From positions 1-32,726 of the forward strand of contig NW_025214029.1 in NCBI RefSeq assembly GCF_004010195.1: a DNA stretch of 32,726 nt, read 5' to 3'. The position numbers and the translations under genes are program-made. Below, piece by piece: positions 20,701 to 32,726 of this stretch (its first letter is position 1; every line of letters begins with the position of its first letter). The stretch comes from Chiloscyllium plagiosum. Taxonomy: Eukaryota. The notes under the pieces are model-generated. The model had not been told where the DNA came from and made no database searches. It saw nothing but the letters and a program-made list of their open reading frames with translations.

Positions 20701-23250
20701 ACAGGTCCAGTCACTCCGGGATCGCGGTGAGGCCGACAGGTCCAGTCACACCGGGATCGCGGTGAGGCCGACACGTCCAGTCTCTCCGGGATCGCGGTGA
20801 GGCAGACAGGTCCAGTCACTCCGGGATCGCGGTGAGGCCGACACGTCCAGTCTCTCCGGGATCGCGGTGAGGCAGACAGGTCCAGTCACTCCGGGATCGC
20901 GGTGAGGCCGACACGTCCAGTCTCTCCGGGATCGCGGTGAGGCAGACAGGTCCAGTCACTCCGGGATCGCGGTGAGGCCGACACGTCCAGTCTCTCCGGG
21001 ATCGCGGTGAGGCAGACAGGTCCAGTCACTCCGGGATCGCGGTGAGGCCGACAGGTCCAGTCACACCGGGATCGCGGTGAGGCCGACACGTCCAGTCTCT
21101 CCGGGATCGCGGTGAGGCAGACAGGTCCAGTCACTCCGGGATCGCGGTGAGGCCGACACGTCCAGTCTCTCCGGGATCGCGGTGAGGCAGACAGGTCCAG
21201 TCACTCCGGGATCGCGGTGAGGCCGACACGTCCAGTCTCTCCGGGATCGCGGTGAGGCAGACAGGTCCAGTCACTCCGGGATCGCGGTGAGGCCGACACG
21301 TCCAGTCTCTCCGGGATCGCGGTGAGGCAGACAGGTCCAGTCACTCCGGGATCGCGGTGAGGCCGACAGGTCCAGTCACACCGGGATCGCGGTGAGGCCG
21401 ACACGTCCAGTCTCTCCGGGATCGCGGTGAGGCAGACAGGTCCAGTCACTCCGGGATCGCGGTGAGGCCGACACGTCCAGTCTCTCCGGGATCGCGGTGA
21501 GGCAGACAGGTCCAGTCACTCCGGGATCGCGGTGAGGCCGACACGTCCAGTCTCTCCGGGATCGCGGTGAGGCAGACAGGTCCAGTCACTCCGGGATCGC
21601 GGTGAGGCCGACACGTCCAGTCTCTCCGGGATCGCGGTGAGGCAGACAGGTCCAGTCACTCCGGGATCGCGGTGAGGCCGACAGGTCCAGTCACACCGGG
21701 ATCGCGGTGAGGCCGACACGTCCAGTCTCTCCGGGATCGCGGTGAGGCAGACAGGTCCAGTCACTCCGGGATCGCGGTGAGGCCGACACGTCCAGTCTCT
21801 CCGGGATCGCGGTGAGGCAGACAGGTCCAGTCACTCCGGGATCGCGGTGAGGCCGACACGTCCAGTCTCTCCGGGATCGCGGTGAGGCAGACAGGTCCAG
21901 TCACTCCGGGATCGCGGTGAGGCCGACACGTCCAGTCTCTCCGGGATCGCGGTGAGGCAGACAGGTCCAGTCACTCCGGGATCGCGGTGAGGCCGACAGG
22001 TCCAGTCACACCGGGATCGCGGTGAGGCCGACACGTCCAGTCTCTCCGGGATCGCGGTGAGGCAGACAGGTCCAGTCACTCCGGGATCGCGGTGAGGCCG
22101 ACACGTCCAGTCTCTCCGGGATCGCGGTGAGGCAGACAGGTCCAGTCACTCCGGGATCGCGGTGAGGCCGACACGTCCAGTCTCTCCGGGATCGCGGTGA
22201 GGCAGACAGGTCCAGTCACTCCGGGATCGCGGTGAGGCCGACACGTCCAGTCTCTCCGGGATCGCGGTGAGGCAGACAGGTCCAGTCACTCCGGGATCGC
22301 GGTGAGGCCGACAGGTCCAGTCACACCGGGATCGCGGTGAGGCCGACACGTCCAGTCTCTCCGGGATCGCGGTGAGGCAGACAGGTCCAGTCACTCCGGG
22401 ATCGCGGTGAGGCCGACACGTCCAGTCTCTCCGGGATCGCGGTGAGGCAGACAGGTCCAGTCACTCCGGGATCGCGGTGAGGCCGACACGTCCAGTCTCT
22501 CCGGGATCGCGGTGAGGCAGACAGGTCCAGTCACTCCGGGATCGCGGTGAGGCCGACACGTCCAGTCTCTCCGGGATCGCGGTGAGGCAGACAGGTCCAG
22601 TCACTCCGGGATCGCGGTGAGGCCGACAGGTCCAGTCACACCGGGATCGCGGTGAGGCCGACACGTCCAGTCTCTCCGGGATCGCGGTGAGGCAGACAGG
22701 TCCAGTCACTCCGGGATCGCGGTGAGGCCGACACGTCCAGTCTCTCCGGGATCGCGGTGAGGCAGACAGGTCCAGTCACTCCGGGATCGCGGTGAGGCCG
22801 ACACGTCCAGTCTCTCCGGGATCGCGGTGAGGCAGACAGGTCCAGTCACTCCGGGATCGCGGTGAGGCCGACACGTCCAGTCTCTCCGGGATCGCGGTGA
22901 GGCAGACAGGTCCAGTCACTCCGGGATCGCGGTGAGGCCGACAGGTCCAGTCACACCGGGATCGCGGTGAGGCCGACACGTCCAGTCTCTCCGGGATCGC
23001 GGTGAGGCAGACAGGTCCAGTCACTCCGGGATCGCGGTGAGGCCGACACGTCCAGTCTCTCCGGGATCGCGGTGAGGCAGACAGGTCCAGTCACTCCGGG
23101 ATCGCGGTGAGGCCGACACGTCCAGTCTCTCCGGGATCGCGGTGAGGCAGACAGGTCCAGTCACTCCGGGATCGCGGTGAGGCCGACACGTCCAGTCTCT
23201 CCGGGATCGCGGTGAGGCAGACAGGTCCAGTCACTCCGGGATCGCTATTC
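17705..23250. repeat. 35-bp CpG-rich minisatellite containing the exon J splice donor; distal part is a 315-bp (9 x 35) higher-order repeat
   Basis: Unit caccgggatcgcggtgaaccagacag-gtacagtca, drifting to ...gaggccgacacgtccagtctc. Identical 82-aa ORFs recur every 315 bp from 19941 to 23024. Confidence 0.97.
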
Positions 23251-24120
23251 AGGAAGGGGAGGAGAGATAGGCCAGGTAATTACAGAGCAGATAGTCTGAC
23301 AGCAGGGAGAGGGAAATTATTGGACACAATTCTGAGGGACAGAATGAATCAACATTTGGAAAGGCAGAGATCGATTATGGATACTCTCCCAAATTCAGCT
23401 GAGATTTTTGTTTGAAATTACGGTTGAGGATTTTGATGAGGGCAGTGAAGAAGATGGAGTTCATTAAGGCATTTGACAAGGTCACTCATGGAACGCTGGT
23501 CCAACAGACCAATGGGATCCAAGGCAATTTGGGAACCTGGATGCACAATGGTGGAGGGTAAGTTTTGTGTTTGAAATTCTTTCACCAGCGGGTGTACCAC
23601 AGGGATCTGTGCAGCAACCATTGCTGGTTATTATAGAATATAGAACATAGAAAAGTACAGCACAGAACAGGCCCTTAGGCCCATGAAGTTGTGCCGATAC
23701 TTAATCCTAATGTAAAATATAGTAACTTAACCTATGCACCCCTCAACTCTTTCTTATCCATGTGCATGTCCAGTAGTCGCGAAAATGTCCCCAATGACAC
23801 TCCTTCCACCACCGCAGCTGGCAACACATTCCATGCATTCACAACTCTCTGCGTAAAGAACCTACCTCTGATGTCTCCATTATACCTTCCTCCTTATATC
23901 TTCAAACTTTGACTTCTCATACCAGTCAATCCTGCCCTGGGGAAAAATCTCTGGCTATGGACTCTATCTATGACTCTAATTATTTTGAACAGTAATATGT
24001 ACATTAATAATTCGATGTGAAAGCACAAGGTATCATTTGTAAGTTTGCTGATGACATGAAAGATGAGGCTGTTGCCCACAGTGAGGGGGATGGTCTCAGG
24101 TTACAATCTGAAGGTTGAGG
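23249..24120 (+). mobile_element. Old CR1 RT fragment interrupted by a nested minus-strand CR1 3' end
   Basis: LFRKGRRDRPGNYR...KLLDTILRDRMNQHLE and KAFDKV before the insert, then MYINN...KFADD after it. Confidence 0.78.
23633..23995 (-). mobile_element. CR1-type LINE 3' terminal fragment (nested insertion)
   Basis: Begins with the reverse-complement tail atagaatatagaacatagaaaagtacagcacagaacaggccc. The minus strand gives FKIIRVIDRVHSQRFFP and FFTQRVVNAWNVLP. Confidence 0.85.
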
Positions 24121-24139
24121 ACAGAACAGGCGCTGAGAG

Positions 24140-24330
24140 AGGAGGAGTATTGGAGTTTCTGATCAGTGAAAACATCAGAGCATTAATTAGATAGGATATT
24201 CCTGGGGATCGCCCAGTGAAGATATAATGGTGCAACTGAGAAATGAGAATGGGTTATCAGTTTGATATGACTGTACTACAGGCCCCCAACAGTCAGCGAG
24301 AATTTCAGCAGAATGGGAAATTAGACTGAT
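24140..24330 (+). mobile_element. Highly decayed CR1 endonuclease fragment
   Basis: GGAGGAGTA...GAAAACATC and TACTACAGGCCCCCAACAGTCAGCGAG resemble GGV..LI.ENI and YYRPPNSQRE. Confidence 0.55.
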
Positions 24331-24651
24331 GCAGTGAGGGTTACACAGGGAGAATGGCACCGAGTCCCAGAGAGATCTGGAAAATCCCAGTCTCCCTCCC
24401 TGGCCTGTGCTGTTGCGTCTCTCTGGATTGGAGGATTCAGTTAGCTCAAGATCTGGAGTAGCTCCAAAAGCGAGAGACACTGGCAGAGGCAGCATTTAGA
24501 CCCTCACAGTGAGGGATACCACATGGAGAGAGACTGAGTGATATCAGCAGAGTGCAGGAAGATTTCATAATGAAACAATTATGTCGGAAGAACAGGTTTA
24601 AGTTCCTGATGCCCTGGTATCAGTGCTCAGCAATGAGCAACCTTTGAGCAG

Positions 24652-25010
24652 GTGAAGTAATGGCCTAGTGGTATTATTGCTAGAGCATGTATCCAAAACA
24701 TCACCCAATGTTCACTGGAGACAGGTTTGAATCCCATCATCAGAACTGGTGGAATTTGCAGTCAATACTTTTTTAAAATTGCAATTAACAATCCATTAAT
24801 AAGTACGAAACTATTGCTGACGTCCAAAATAACGTTTGGTCATCAAAATGATACTTGGGGACATCTGCCATCCTCACGTGGTCAGCAAAGTGATTGCCTT
24901 GCAATTACCCTCTGAAATGGCTGAGCAAGTTACTCAGCTCATGGGCAGCTAGGGCTGGGAAGCAAGGCTGGTCAGCCAGAGAAACCCACACCCCATACCT
25001 GATTTAAAAT
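24652..25010 (+). mobile_element. tRNA-derived SINE, decayed
   Basis: Pol III A box TGGCCTAGTGG (24661-24671) and B box GGTTTGAATCC (about 24724-24734). The GGGCAGCTAGGGCTGGG...GCTGGTCAGCCAG tail resembles the LINE tail near 7310-7350. Confidence 0.65.
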
Positions 25011-26129
25011 ATAATCCATTAGGATGGTCCTACTGGAACTGTGCTGGAACCAGTGTCTTGGCCAATCATGTTAGTAGGCTTAAGGACAGGGTTTCAAACT
25101 GACAGAGCGGATGCAGGGACAGGGTTCAGGTGAAAAGAGCTTTCCAAATCCAAATAGAAAAGGTGAAGCATCGGAACAACATGGGGATGTGGCTGAAGAC
25201 AAGCAGAAAGGAACAGGATGGGACAGCGATTAACTAAAACTGTGCGTCAGGGAATCGGTTTGTGACAGGAAATTGTAGGAAACGTATATTATGTTTTGTT
25301 TTGGAATGAACAAAGTCTCTGCAATTAGGTAGATGGATTTGTAACAGAGATAAAAGAGAGTTAGACACCAGGGTGACGTGGTTACAGGGTGAACAAAAGG
25401 TGGGCATAAATATTCAATGATTTGCAACCTTGCGGAATATCAATAATGGATACCAAAGGAATTATAGAGAAAGCATTTGGCCGCAGATCATGAAGTAGAG
25501 TCAGTCTGAATGTAAATTCAGTCTATTACCTGCCAAGGACACAAGCAGCAGAACAGTTTTCGGCCACCAAACAGCATTTCATTGCTCATCGCTGCATTAA
25601 ACAGGAACTCATTGGAATTTTTAATAAAGGCATAATGACAATTCAGTGAAACTTCAAAATTCGTATAATTTGGGACAATCACACTGACAACAGTGATATT
25701 GGAAGGGGAGTTCGGACAATTGTTTTCAGTGTTTCTTTGAATAACACATAGTTACAGCCCTAGTTGCACAATGTCAGATCGACCGTTGTGTGATGGAACT
25801 TAGTGAATGAGAAATGTCACCTGGAGAGATCCTCCGGGAAATTGTGATAAAGTGCAGTTTAAAGCAATATAAAATGTGAAAGTGAATCACAGAAAGGACA
25901 AGCTACAATTAAAAACAAAAATAGCCAATTACATGAGTTTAAGAGGAGAACTGACCAAGGTAAATAGGCTAAAAAGATTGAAACGTGTGTGTAAATGAAC
26001 AGTGGAAAACATTTGAAGGAACAGTGTAAAACACTCAAGAAAAAGACATTCCATTGAAACAGACAAAACCTCAACGAGAAACTCACACCTGTCCCTCACT
26101 CAGGACAAAATCGAGTGTGAGGTTGAGAA

Positions 26130-26844
26130 GATCGATTGGAAACTCTTTAGATCAAGTAGATTGGATGGGGCGGTGTTTGTGCAGTGTGTCCAGGAAGCTT
26201 TTCTAACTCAGTATGTAGATTGTCCAACCAGAGGGGAGGCCATATTGGATTTGGTACTCGGTAATGAACCGGGACAAGTGATGGGCTTGTTAGTGGGTGA
26301 ACATTTTGGTGATGGTGACCACAATTCTGTGACTTTCACCTTGGTTATGGAGAGAGATAGGTGCGCACAACAAGGTAGATTTTATAATTGGGGGAAGGGA
26401 AATTACGATGCAGTAAGGCAGGATTTGAGGAGCATACGTTGGGAGCATAGGCTGTCAGGGAAGGATGTGGTGGAAATGTGGAACTTCTTCAAAGAGCAGA
26501 TACGACGTGTCCATGATATGTATGTACCTATCAGGCAGGAAAGAAATGGTCGTGTGAGGGAACCTTGGATGACGAGGGGGGTTGAATGTCTTGTAAAGAG
26601 GAAGAAGGAGGCTTACATAAGGTTGAGGAAACAGGATTCAGACAGAGCAGTGGAGGGATACAGGATAGCCAGAAAGGACCTGAAGAAAGGGATTAGGAGA
26701 GACAAGAGAGGGCATGAAGGATCAAGGATAACCCAAAGGCATTTTATGCGTATGTGAGAAACCTGAGAATGACGAGAACGAGGATAGGTCCGATCAAGGA
26801 CAGTAGTGGGAGAATGTGTATTGAGTCAGAAGAGATAGGAGAGG
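26130..26844 (+). mobile_element. CR1 LINE ORF2 fragment (endonuclease end and tether), runs into gap
   Basis: ORF 26161-26757 FVQCVQEAFLTQYVDCPTRGEAILDLVLGNEPGQV...GDGDHN...EPWMT, homologous to the minus-strand element at 4150-4925. Confidence 0.93.
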
Positions 26845-27773
26845 NNNNNNNNNNNNNNNNNNNNNNNNNNNNNNNNNNNNNNNNNNNNNNNNNNNNNNNN
26901 NNNNNNNNNNNNNNNNNNNNNNNNNNNNNNNNNNNNNNNNNNNNNNNNNNNNNNNNNNNNNNNNNNNNNNNNNNNNNNNNNNNNNNNNNNNNNNNNNNNN
27001 NNNNNNNNNNNNNNNNNNNNNNNNNNNNNNNNNNNNNNNNNNNNNNNNNNNNNNNNNNNNNNNNNNNNNNNNNNNNNNNNNNNNNNNNNNNNNNNNNNNN
27101 NNNNNNNNNNNNNNNNNNNNNNNNNNNNNNNNNNNNNNNNNNNNNNNNNNNNNNNNNNNNNNNNNNNNNNNNNNNNNNNNNNNNNNNNNNNNNNNNNNNN
27201 NNNNNNNNNNNNNNNNNNNNNNNNNNNNNNNNNNNNNNNNNNNNNNNNNNNNNNNNNNNNNNNNNNNNNNNNNNNNNNNNNNNNNNNNNNNNNNNNNNNN
27301 NNNNNNNNNNNNNNNNNNNNNNNNNNNNNNNNNNNNNNNNNNNNNNNNNNNNNNNNNNNNNNNNNNNNNNNNNNNNNNNNNNNNNNNNNNNNNNNNNNNN
27401 NNNNNNNNNNNNNNNNNNNNNNNNNNNNNNNNNNNNNNNNNNNNNNNNNNNNNNNNNNNNNNNNNNNNNNNNNNNNNNNNNNNNNNNNNNNNNNNNNNNN
27501 NNNNNNNNNNNNNNNNNNNNNNNNNNNNNNNNNNNNNNNNNNNNNNNNNNNNNNNNNNNNNNNNNNNNNNNNNNNNNNNNNNNNNNNNNNNNNNNNNNNN
27601 NNNNNNNNNNNNNNNNNNNNNNNNNNNNNNNNNNNNNNNNNNNNNNNNNNNNNNNNNNNNNNNNNNNNNNNNNNNNNNNNNNNNNNNNNNNNNNNNNNNN
27701 NNNNNNNNNNNNNNNNNNNNNNNNNNNNNNNNNNNNNNNNNNNNNNNNNNNNNNNNNNNNNNNNNNNNNNNNN
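26845..27773. other. Assembly gap (N run)
   Basis: 929 N. Confidence 1.
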
Positions 27774-27945
27774 TGTCTCTGATAGCTCCCTCCTTCCCCC
27801 GTCTCTGTCTCTGATAGCTCCCTCCCTTCCCCCGTCTCTGTCTCTGATATCTCCCTCCCGCGCCCATCTGTCTCTGATATCTACCTCCCGCCCCGTCTCT
27901 GTCCCTGATTTCTCCTCGATATCATGTCCCTGATATCTCTCTCTC
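27774..27945. repeat. About 32-bp pyrimidine-rich minisatellite abutting the gap and merging into the exon K acceptor
   Basis: tgtctctgatagctccctccttcccccgtctc variants. Confidence 0.85.
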
Positions 27946-27964
27946 TCTGTGTCTCGGGTCCCAG

Positions 27965-28205
27965 GGCTGGCTGGGCTGGGTGAGCCGATGAGACCTTCGG
28001 TTGCTCCTGCTGCTGTTGCTGTGAAGAAGAAGCTGTACATTTCCGGAGGCTATGGTGGAGTGCTGCTCCCCTCGATGGTGACCCTGCGTGTGCCACTGGA
28101 TCCCTGCCTCATCTTCTCCAGTCCCGGCGAGTGTAACAGCAGCAGCTGTGTCTGGTGTCGCTCCCTTCACAACGGCAGCTGCCTCTCTCCGGATCAGGCT
28201 GAGAG
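27965..28205 (+). CDS. MEGF8: MEGF8 exon K (last Kelch repeat plus PSI)
   Basis: cccag| ... GAGAG|gtggga. Encodes GEPMRPSVAPAAVAVKKKLYISGGYGGV...PLDPCLIFSSPGECN...CVWC...CLSPDQAER (MEGF8 LYISGGFGG...PPDPC...CLSGDQAHR). Confidence 0.93.
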
Positions 28206-28229
28206 GTGGGATCACCAACCGATCGCTCA

Positions 28230-30490
28230 CTCCAAATCCCAGTGCGGAGAGATCACTCAATCCATGCCTAGGGGGGACACAATCTTAGTGTGGAGAGATC
28301 ACCTGATCCCTGCCTAGGGGGGACACAATCCCGGTGCGGAGAGATCACTGATCCCTGCCCAGGGGGACACAATCCCAGTGCGGAGAGATCACCCGATCCC
28401 TGCCCAGAGGGACACAATCCCAGTGCGGAGAGATCACCCGATCCCTGCCTAGGGGGGACACAATCCCGGTGCGGAGCCTAGCGGGACACAATCCCAGTGC
28501 AGAGAGATCACCGATCCCTGCCCAGGGGGACACAATCCCGGTGTGGAGAGATCACCCGATCCCTGCCCGGGGGGGGACACAATCTCAGTGTGGAGAGATC
28601 ACCTGATCCCTGCCCAGGGGGGCACAATCCCAGTGTGGACAGATCACCCGATCCCTGCCCGGGGGGGCACAATCCCAGTGTGGACAGATCACCCGATCCC
28701 TGCCCGGGGGGGGGACACAATCTCAGTGTGGAGAGATCACCCGATCCCTGCCCAGGGGGGCACAATCCCAGTGTGGAGAGATCACCCGATCCCTGCCCAG
28801 GGGGACACAATCCCAGTGCAGAGAGATCACCCGATCCCTGCCCGGGGTGGGGGAAACAATCCCAGTGCAGAGAGATCACCGATCCCTGCCCAGGGGGACA
28901 CAATCCCGGTGTGGAGAGATCACCCGATCCCTGCCCGGGGGGGGACACAATCTNNNNNNNNNNNNNNNNNNNNNNNNNNNNNNNNNNNNNNNNNNNNNNN
29001 NNNNNNNNNNNNNNNNNNNNNNNNNNNNNNNNNNNNNNNNNNNNNNNNNNNNNNNNNNNNNNNNNNNNNNNNNNNNNNNNNNNNNNNNNNNNNNNNNNNN
29101 NNNNNNNNNNNNNNNNNNNNNNNNNNNNNNNNNNNNNNNNNNNNNNNNNNNNNNNNNNNNNNNNNNNNNNNNNNNNNNNNNNNNNNNNNNNNNNNNNNNN
29201 NNNNNNNNNNNNNNNNNNNNNNNNNNNNNNNNNNNNNNNNNNNNNNNNNNNNNNNNNNNNNNNNNNNNNNNNNNNNNNNNNNNNNNNNNNNNNNNNNNNN
29301 NNNNNNNNNNNNNNNNNNNNNNNNNNNNNNNNNNNNNNNNNNNNNNNNNNNNNNNNNNNNNNNNNNNNNNNNNNNNNNNNNNNNNNNNNNNNNNNNNNNN
29401 NNNNNNNNNNNNNNNNNNNNNNNNNNNNNNNNNNNNNNNNNNNNNNNNNNNNNNNNNNNNNNNNNNNNNNNNNNNNNNNNNNNNNNNNNNNNNNNNNNNN
29501 NNNNNNNNNNNNNNNNNNNNNNNNNNNNNNNNNNNNNNNNNNNNNNNNNNNNNNNNNNNNNNNNNNNNNNNNNNNNNNNNNNNNNNNNNNNNNNNNNNNN
29601 NNNNNNNNNNNNNNNNNNNNNNNNNNNNNNNNNNNNNNNNNNNNNNNNNNNNNNNNNNNNNNNNNNNNNNNNNNNNNNNNNNNNNNNNNNNNNNNNNNNN
29701 NNNNNNNCCCCCACCCGGGACACACGATCCCAGTGCGGAGGGATCACCCGATCCCCACCCGGGACACATGATCCCGGTGCGGAGAGGTCACCTGATCCCC
29801 ACACGGGGGACACGATCCCGGTGCGGAGAGATCACCTGACCCCCACCCGGGACACACGATCCCAGTGCGGAGGGATCACCCGATCCCCACCCGGGACACA
29901 TGATCCCGGTGCGGAGAGGTCACCTGATCCCCACACGGGGGACACAGTCCCAGTGCGGAGAGATCACCCGATCCCTGCCCAGGGGGACACAGTCCCAGTG
30001 CGGAGAGATCACCCGATCCATGCCCAGGGGGACACATTCCCAGTGCGGAGAGATCACCTGATCCCCACACGGGGGGGCACGATCCTGGTGCGGAGAGATC
30101 ACCCGATTCCCACAGTGGGGGCACTATCCCGGTGCGGAGAGATCACCCGATCCCCTCATGGGACACAAGATCCCGGTGCGGAGAGATCACCTGATCCCCA
30201 CACGGGGGACACGATCCCGGTGCGGAGAGATCACCTGATCCCCAGACGGGGGACACGATCCCGGTGCGGAGAGATCACCTGACCCCCACCCGGGACACAC
30301 GATCCCAGTGCGGAGGGATCACCCGATCCCCACCCGGGACACATGATCCCGGTGCGGAGAGGTCACCTGATCCCCACACGGGGGACACGATCCCGGTGCG
30401 GAGAGATCACCCGATCCCTGCCTGGCACACTTGATCCCGGTGCAGAGTGACCATGTGAGTCTGGTGCAGCGAGCTCACCTGATCCCCATC
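28230..30490. repeat. About 44-bp minisatellite, interrupted by a gap
   Basis: Unit atcccagtgcggagagatcacccgatccctgcccagggggacaca. A variant with ccccacccgggacac occurs right of the gap and decays toward about 30850. Confidence 0.93.
28954..29707. other. Assembly gap (N run)
   Basis: 754 N. Confidence 1.
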
Positions 30491-30996
30491 TATGATACAC
30501 AAACTCAATGCAGCGACCACCAGATCCCTGTGCAGGACCCACGATGTCTGGGGCACCCAATCCTGAGCCAGGTGAGCACCCATTCCTCAACCAACGGGGT
30601 CGCCTGCTTCATGGCCAAGGGACCGGATCTGGAGCCTGAGGGTCATCCCAGATCATCCCAACTCACCCAGAGGCCAGATCCCAATGCAGACGAAGGGGAG
30701 CGACTGATCCCACACTGGTCCTAAAGGGGCATCCAATCCCAGCCCAGACAGGCCAACAAATGTTGAACCCAGGAGATCCAGCAGGTGCCAGCCTAGTCTG
30801 GGGGGATTCCGGCTCAGGAATCCAGCAGATTCCACAACGGAACTGACTCTGCCTGGCCCTCAGCTGGCCCATCCCCAGTCTGGTGTTCCCTCTCACTCCG
30901 CAGGATGGGGTGGGGGTGTGAGGAAAGGGGGTGTTCTCAGGGCCCATTGTGACAGGCTGTAGCCAGTGAACCCTCTCCCTCTCTCTGTGTTCCCAG

Positions 30997-31126
30997 GTAC
31001 GGGTGTGAGACTGCCAGCTCTCTCTGTGAGCCCCTGCCCAGACTCCCTGAAGACTGCCGCAGGCTGCGAACCTGCAGCGAGTGTCTCGCCCGACATCCCC
31101 GGGTCATCGGTCAAATGCAGCAGCTG
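30997..31126 (+). CDS. MEGF8: MEGF8 exon L (PSI domain)
   Basis: ttcccag| ... CTG|gtgagt. Manual translation YGCETASSLCEPLPRLPEDCRRLRTCSECLARHPRVIGQMQQL (MEGF8 PEECRRLRTCSECLARHPR). Confidence 0.94.
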
Positions 31127-31269
31127 GTGAGTACAGTACAGGGAGCTGGTCATACCTAGCCCCGTGCAGGGGCGATGGCCTCCCTCCCTGATACAAGTGT
31201 ATGTGTGAGAGAGAGCAAGAGCACTGTGTGAGCCTCCATCCTCCAGTGTAACACACTCACACTCGCAAC

Positions 31270-31708
31270 TCCACACGCTCACTCTCACGTACTCAGTTAT
31301 ACAGTCAGACAGCACACAGACCCTTCACACCTCCACACGCTCACTCACACGTACTCAGTTATACAGTCAGACAGCACGCACACAGACCCTTCACACCCCC
31401 ACGCGCTCACTCACACGTACTCAGTTATACAGTCAGACAGCACTTTCACAGACCCTTCACACCCCCACGCGCTCACTCACACGTACTCAGTTATACAGTC
31501 AGACAGCACGCACACAGACCCTTCACACCCCCACGCGCTCACTCACACGTACTCAGTTATACAGTCAGACAGCACGCACACAGACCCTTCACACCCCCAC
31601 ACGCTCACTCTCACGTACTCAGTTGTACGGTCAGACAGCACGCACACAGACCCTTCACACCCCCACACGCTCACTCTCACGTACTCAGTTGTACAGTCAG
31701 ACAGCACA
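31270..31708. repeat. 66-bp minisatellite, about 7 copies
   Basis: gtactcagttatacagtcagacagcac...cccttcacacccccac recurs at 31351, 31417 and 31483. Confidence 0.92.
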
Positions 31709-31729
31709 TGACACCTAACTTGTCTGCAA

Positions 31730-32726
31730 AAACTCAACCAGTCCCAGTTGCCTGCATTTGGCCTGTATCCCTCTGAACCTTCCCTCGCCATGTAGCTGTC
31801 CAAATGAATTCTGAATGTTGTTACTGTGTCTGCTTCTGCTGCACCCTCTGGGATACAGACCACCCTTGGTGTGAAAAAGATGCCTCTCAGGCCCCTCTTA
31901 AATCTTTCCCCTCTCATCTTATAAATATTCCCCATAGTTTTCGACAATCCCCGCCGAAGGAAGTGTCACCTGCCCCTCATCATTTTATAAACCTCGAAAA
32001 GGTCACCCCTCAGCCTCCTGCGCTCATTGAGAATAGTCTCAGCCTATCCAGCCTCTCCTCTACCTCCATACACGGCAGCATCCTGGGAAAGCTCTTGGGA
32101 ACCTTCTGTCCAGTTTAATAATGTCTTCCCTGTGACCGTGTGACACACTGCTCCAGAACCGGCCTCACCAATGTCCTGTACAACCTTAACATGACGTCCC
32201 AACTCCCGTACTCCAAGCTCTGAGTAATGAAGGCAAACATGGCCAACAGCTTTATAACCACCCTGTGTACATGTGACACAAACTTCAAACAATGATGTTC
32301 CTGTACACCCCCCCCGGGTCTCTCTGTTCTGCAACACTTTCCAAGACCATAGCATTAACTGTATGAGTCCTGCCCTTTGTGGCTTTTACCAAAATGCATT
32401 GATCCAAATTAAACTCCCATCTGCCATTCCTCGGCCCATTGACCCAGTCGATGAAGGTCTCTTTGTAATCAGAGATAACTTTCTTCACTGGCCACTGTGC
32501 CACCAATTTTGGTGTCATCTGCTAACTCTCGAACCCAGACTCCTGTATTCTCATCTAATATCGTTAATACAAACACAAACAAAACGGGAGTCAGCCCTGA
32601 TGCCTGGTCACAGGCCTCCATTCTGAAAAGTAACCCCTACAACCTCACCACACTCTGGCTCCGGCCGTTAAACACATTTTGTATCCAATTGATAACTCAT
32701 CTTCAATCCTTACTGATCAGTCCATC
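31730..32726 (-). mobile_element. Decayed CR1 LINE 3' portion (continues past window end)
   Basis: Minus strand gives RGERFKRGLRGIFFTPRVV, LRLYRTLVRP, WEFNLDQC and ADDTKIGG-like segments with many indels. Confidence 0.88.

Noticed and set aside
8610..23250. CRISPR-like appearance of 27-36 bp repeats
   Set aside because: Repeats are contiguous with no unique spacers, there are no cas genes, and the context is a spliced vertebrate gene.
26754..30282. Long ORFs containing X runs
   Set aside because: They span assembly gaps and minisatellite sequence.

Overview
Vertebrate genomic DNA, most likely a cartilaginous fish (inferred from HE1/V-SINE-like, CR1-like and Penelope-like repeats). The window covers the middle of a + strand MEGF8 gene. 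Twelve GT-AG exons (296-31126, 2155 nt, about 718 codons) splice in frame and encode EGF/laminin-EGF, the second CUB domain, EGF, Kelch repeats and PSI segments. Introns hold decayed CR1/L2-type LINEs, SINEs, Penelope fragments and many GC-rich minisatellites, plus two N gaps. Two arrays are built from copies of the adjacent exon/donor junction (27 bp, in frame; 35 bp, stop-containing). A 36-bp array carries in-frame acceptor-like sites. One expected MEGF8 coding segment is missing where a perfect 5-kb 92-bp array sits. The very long ORFs in the track are repeat or gap artefacts. There is no prokaryotic-type system or CRISPR array.
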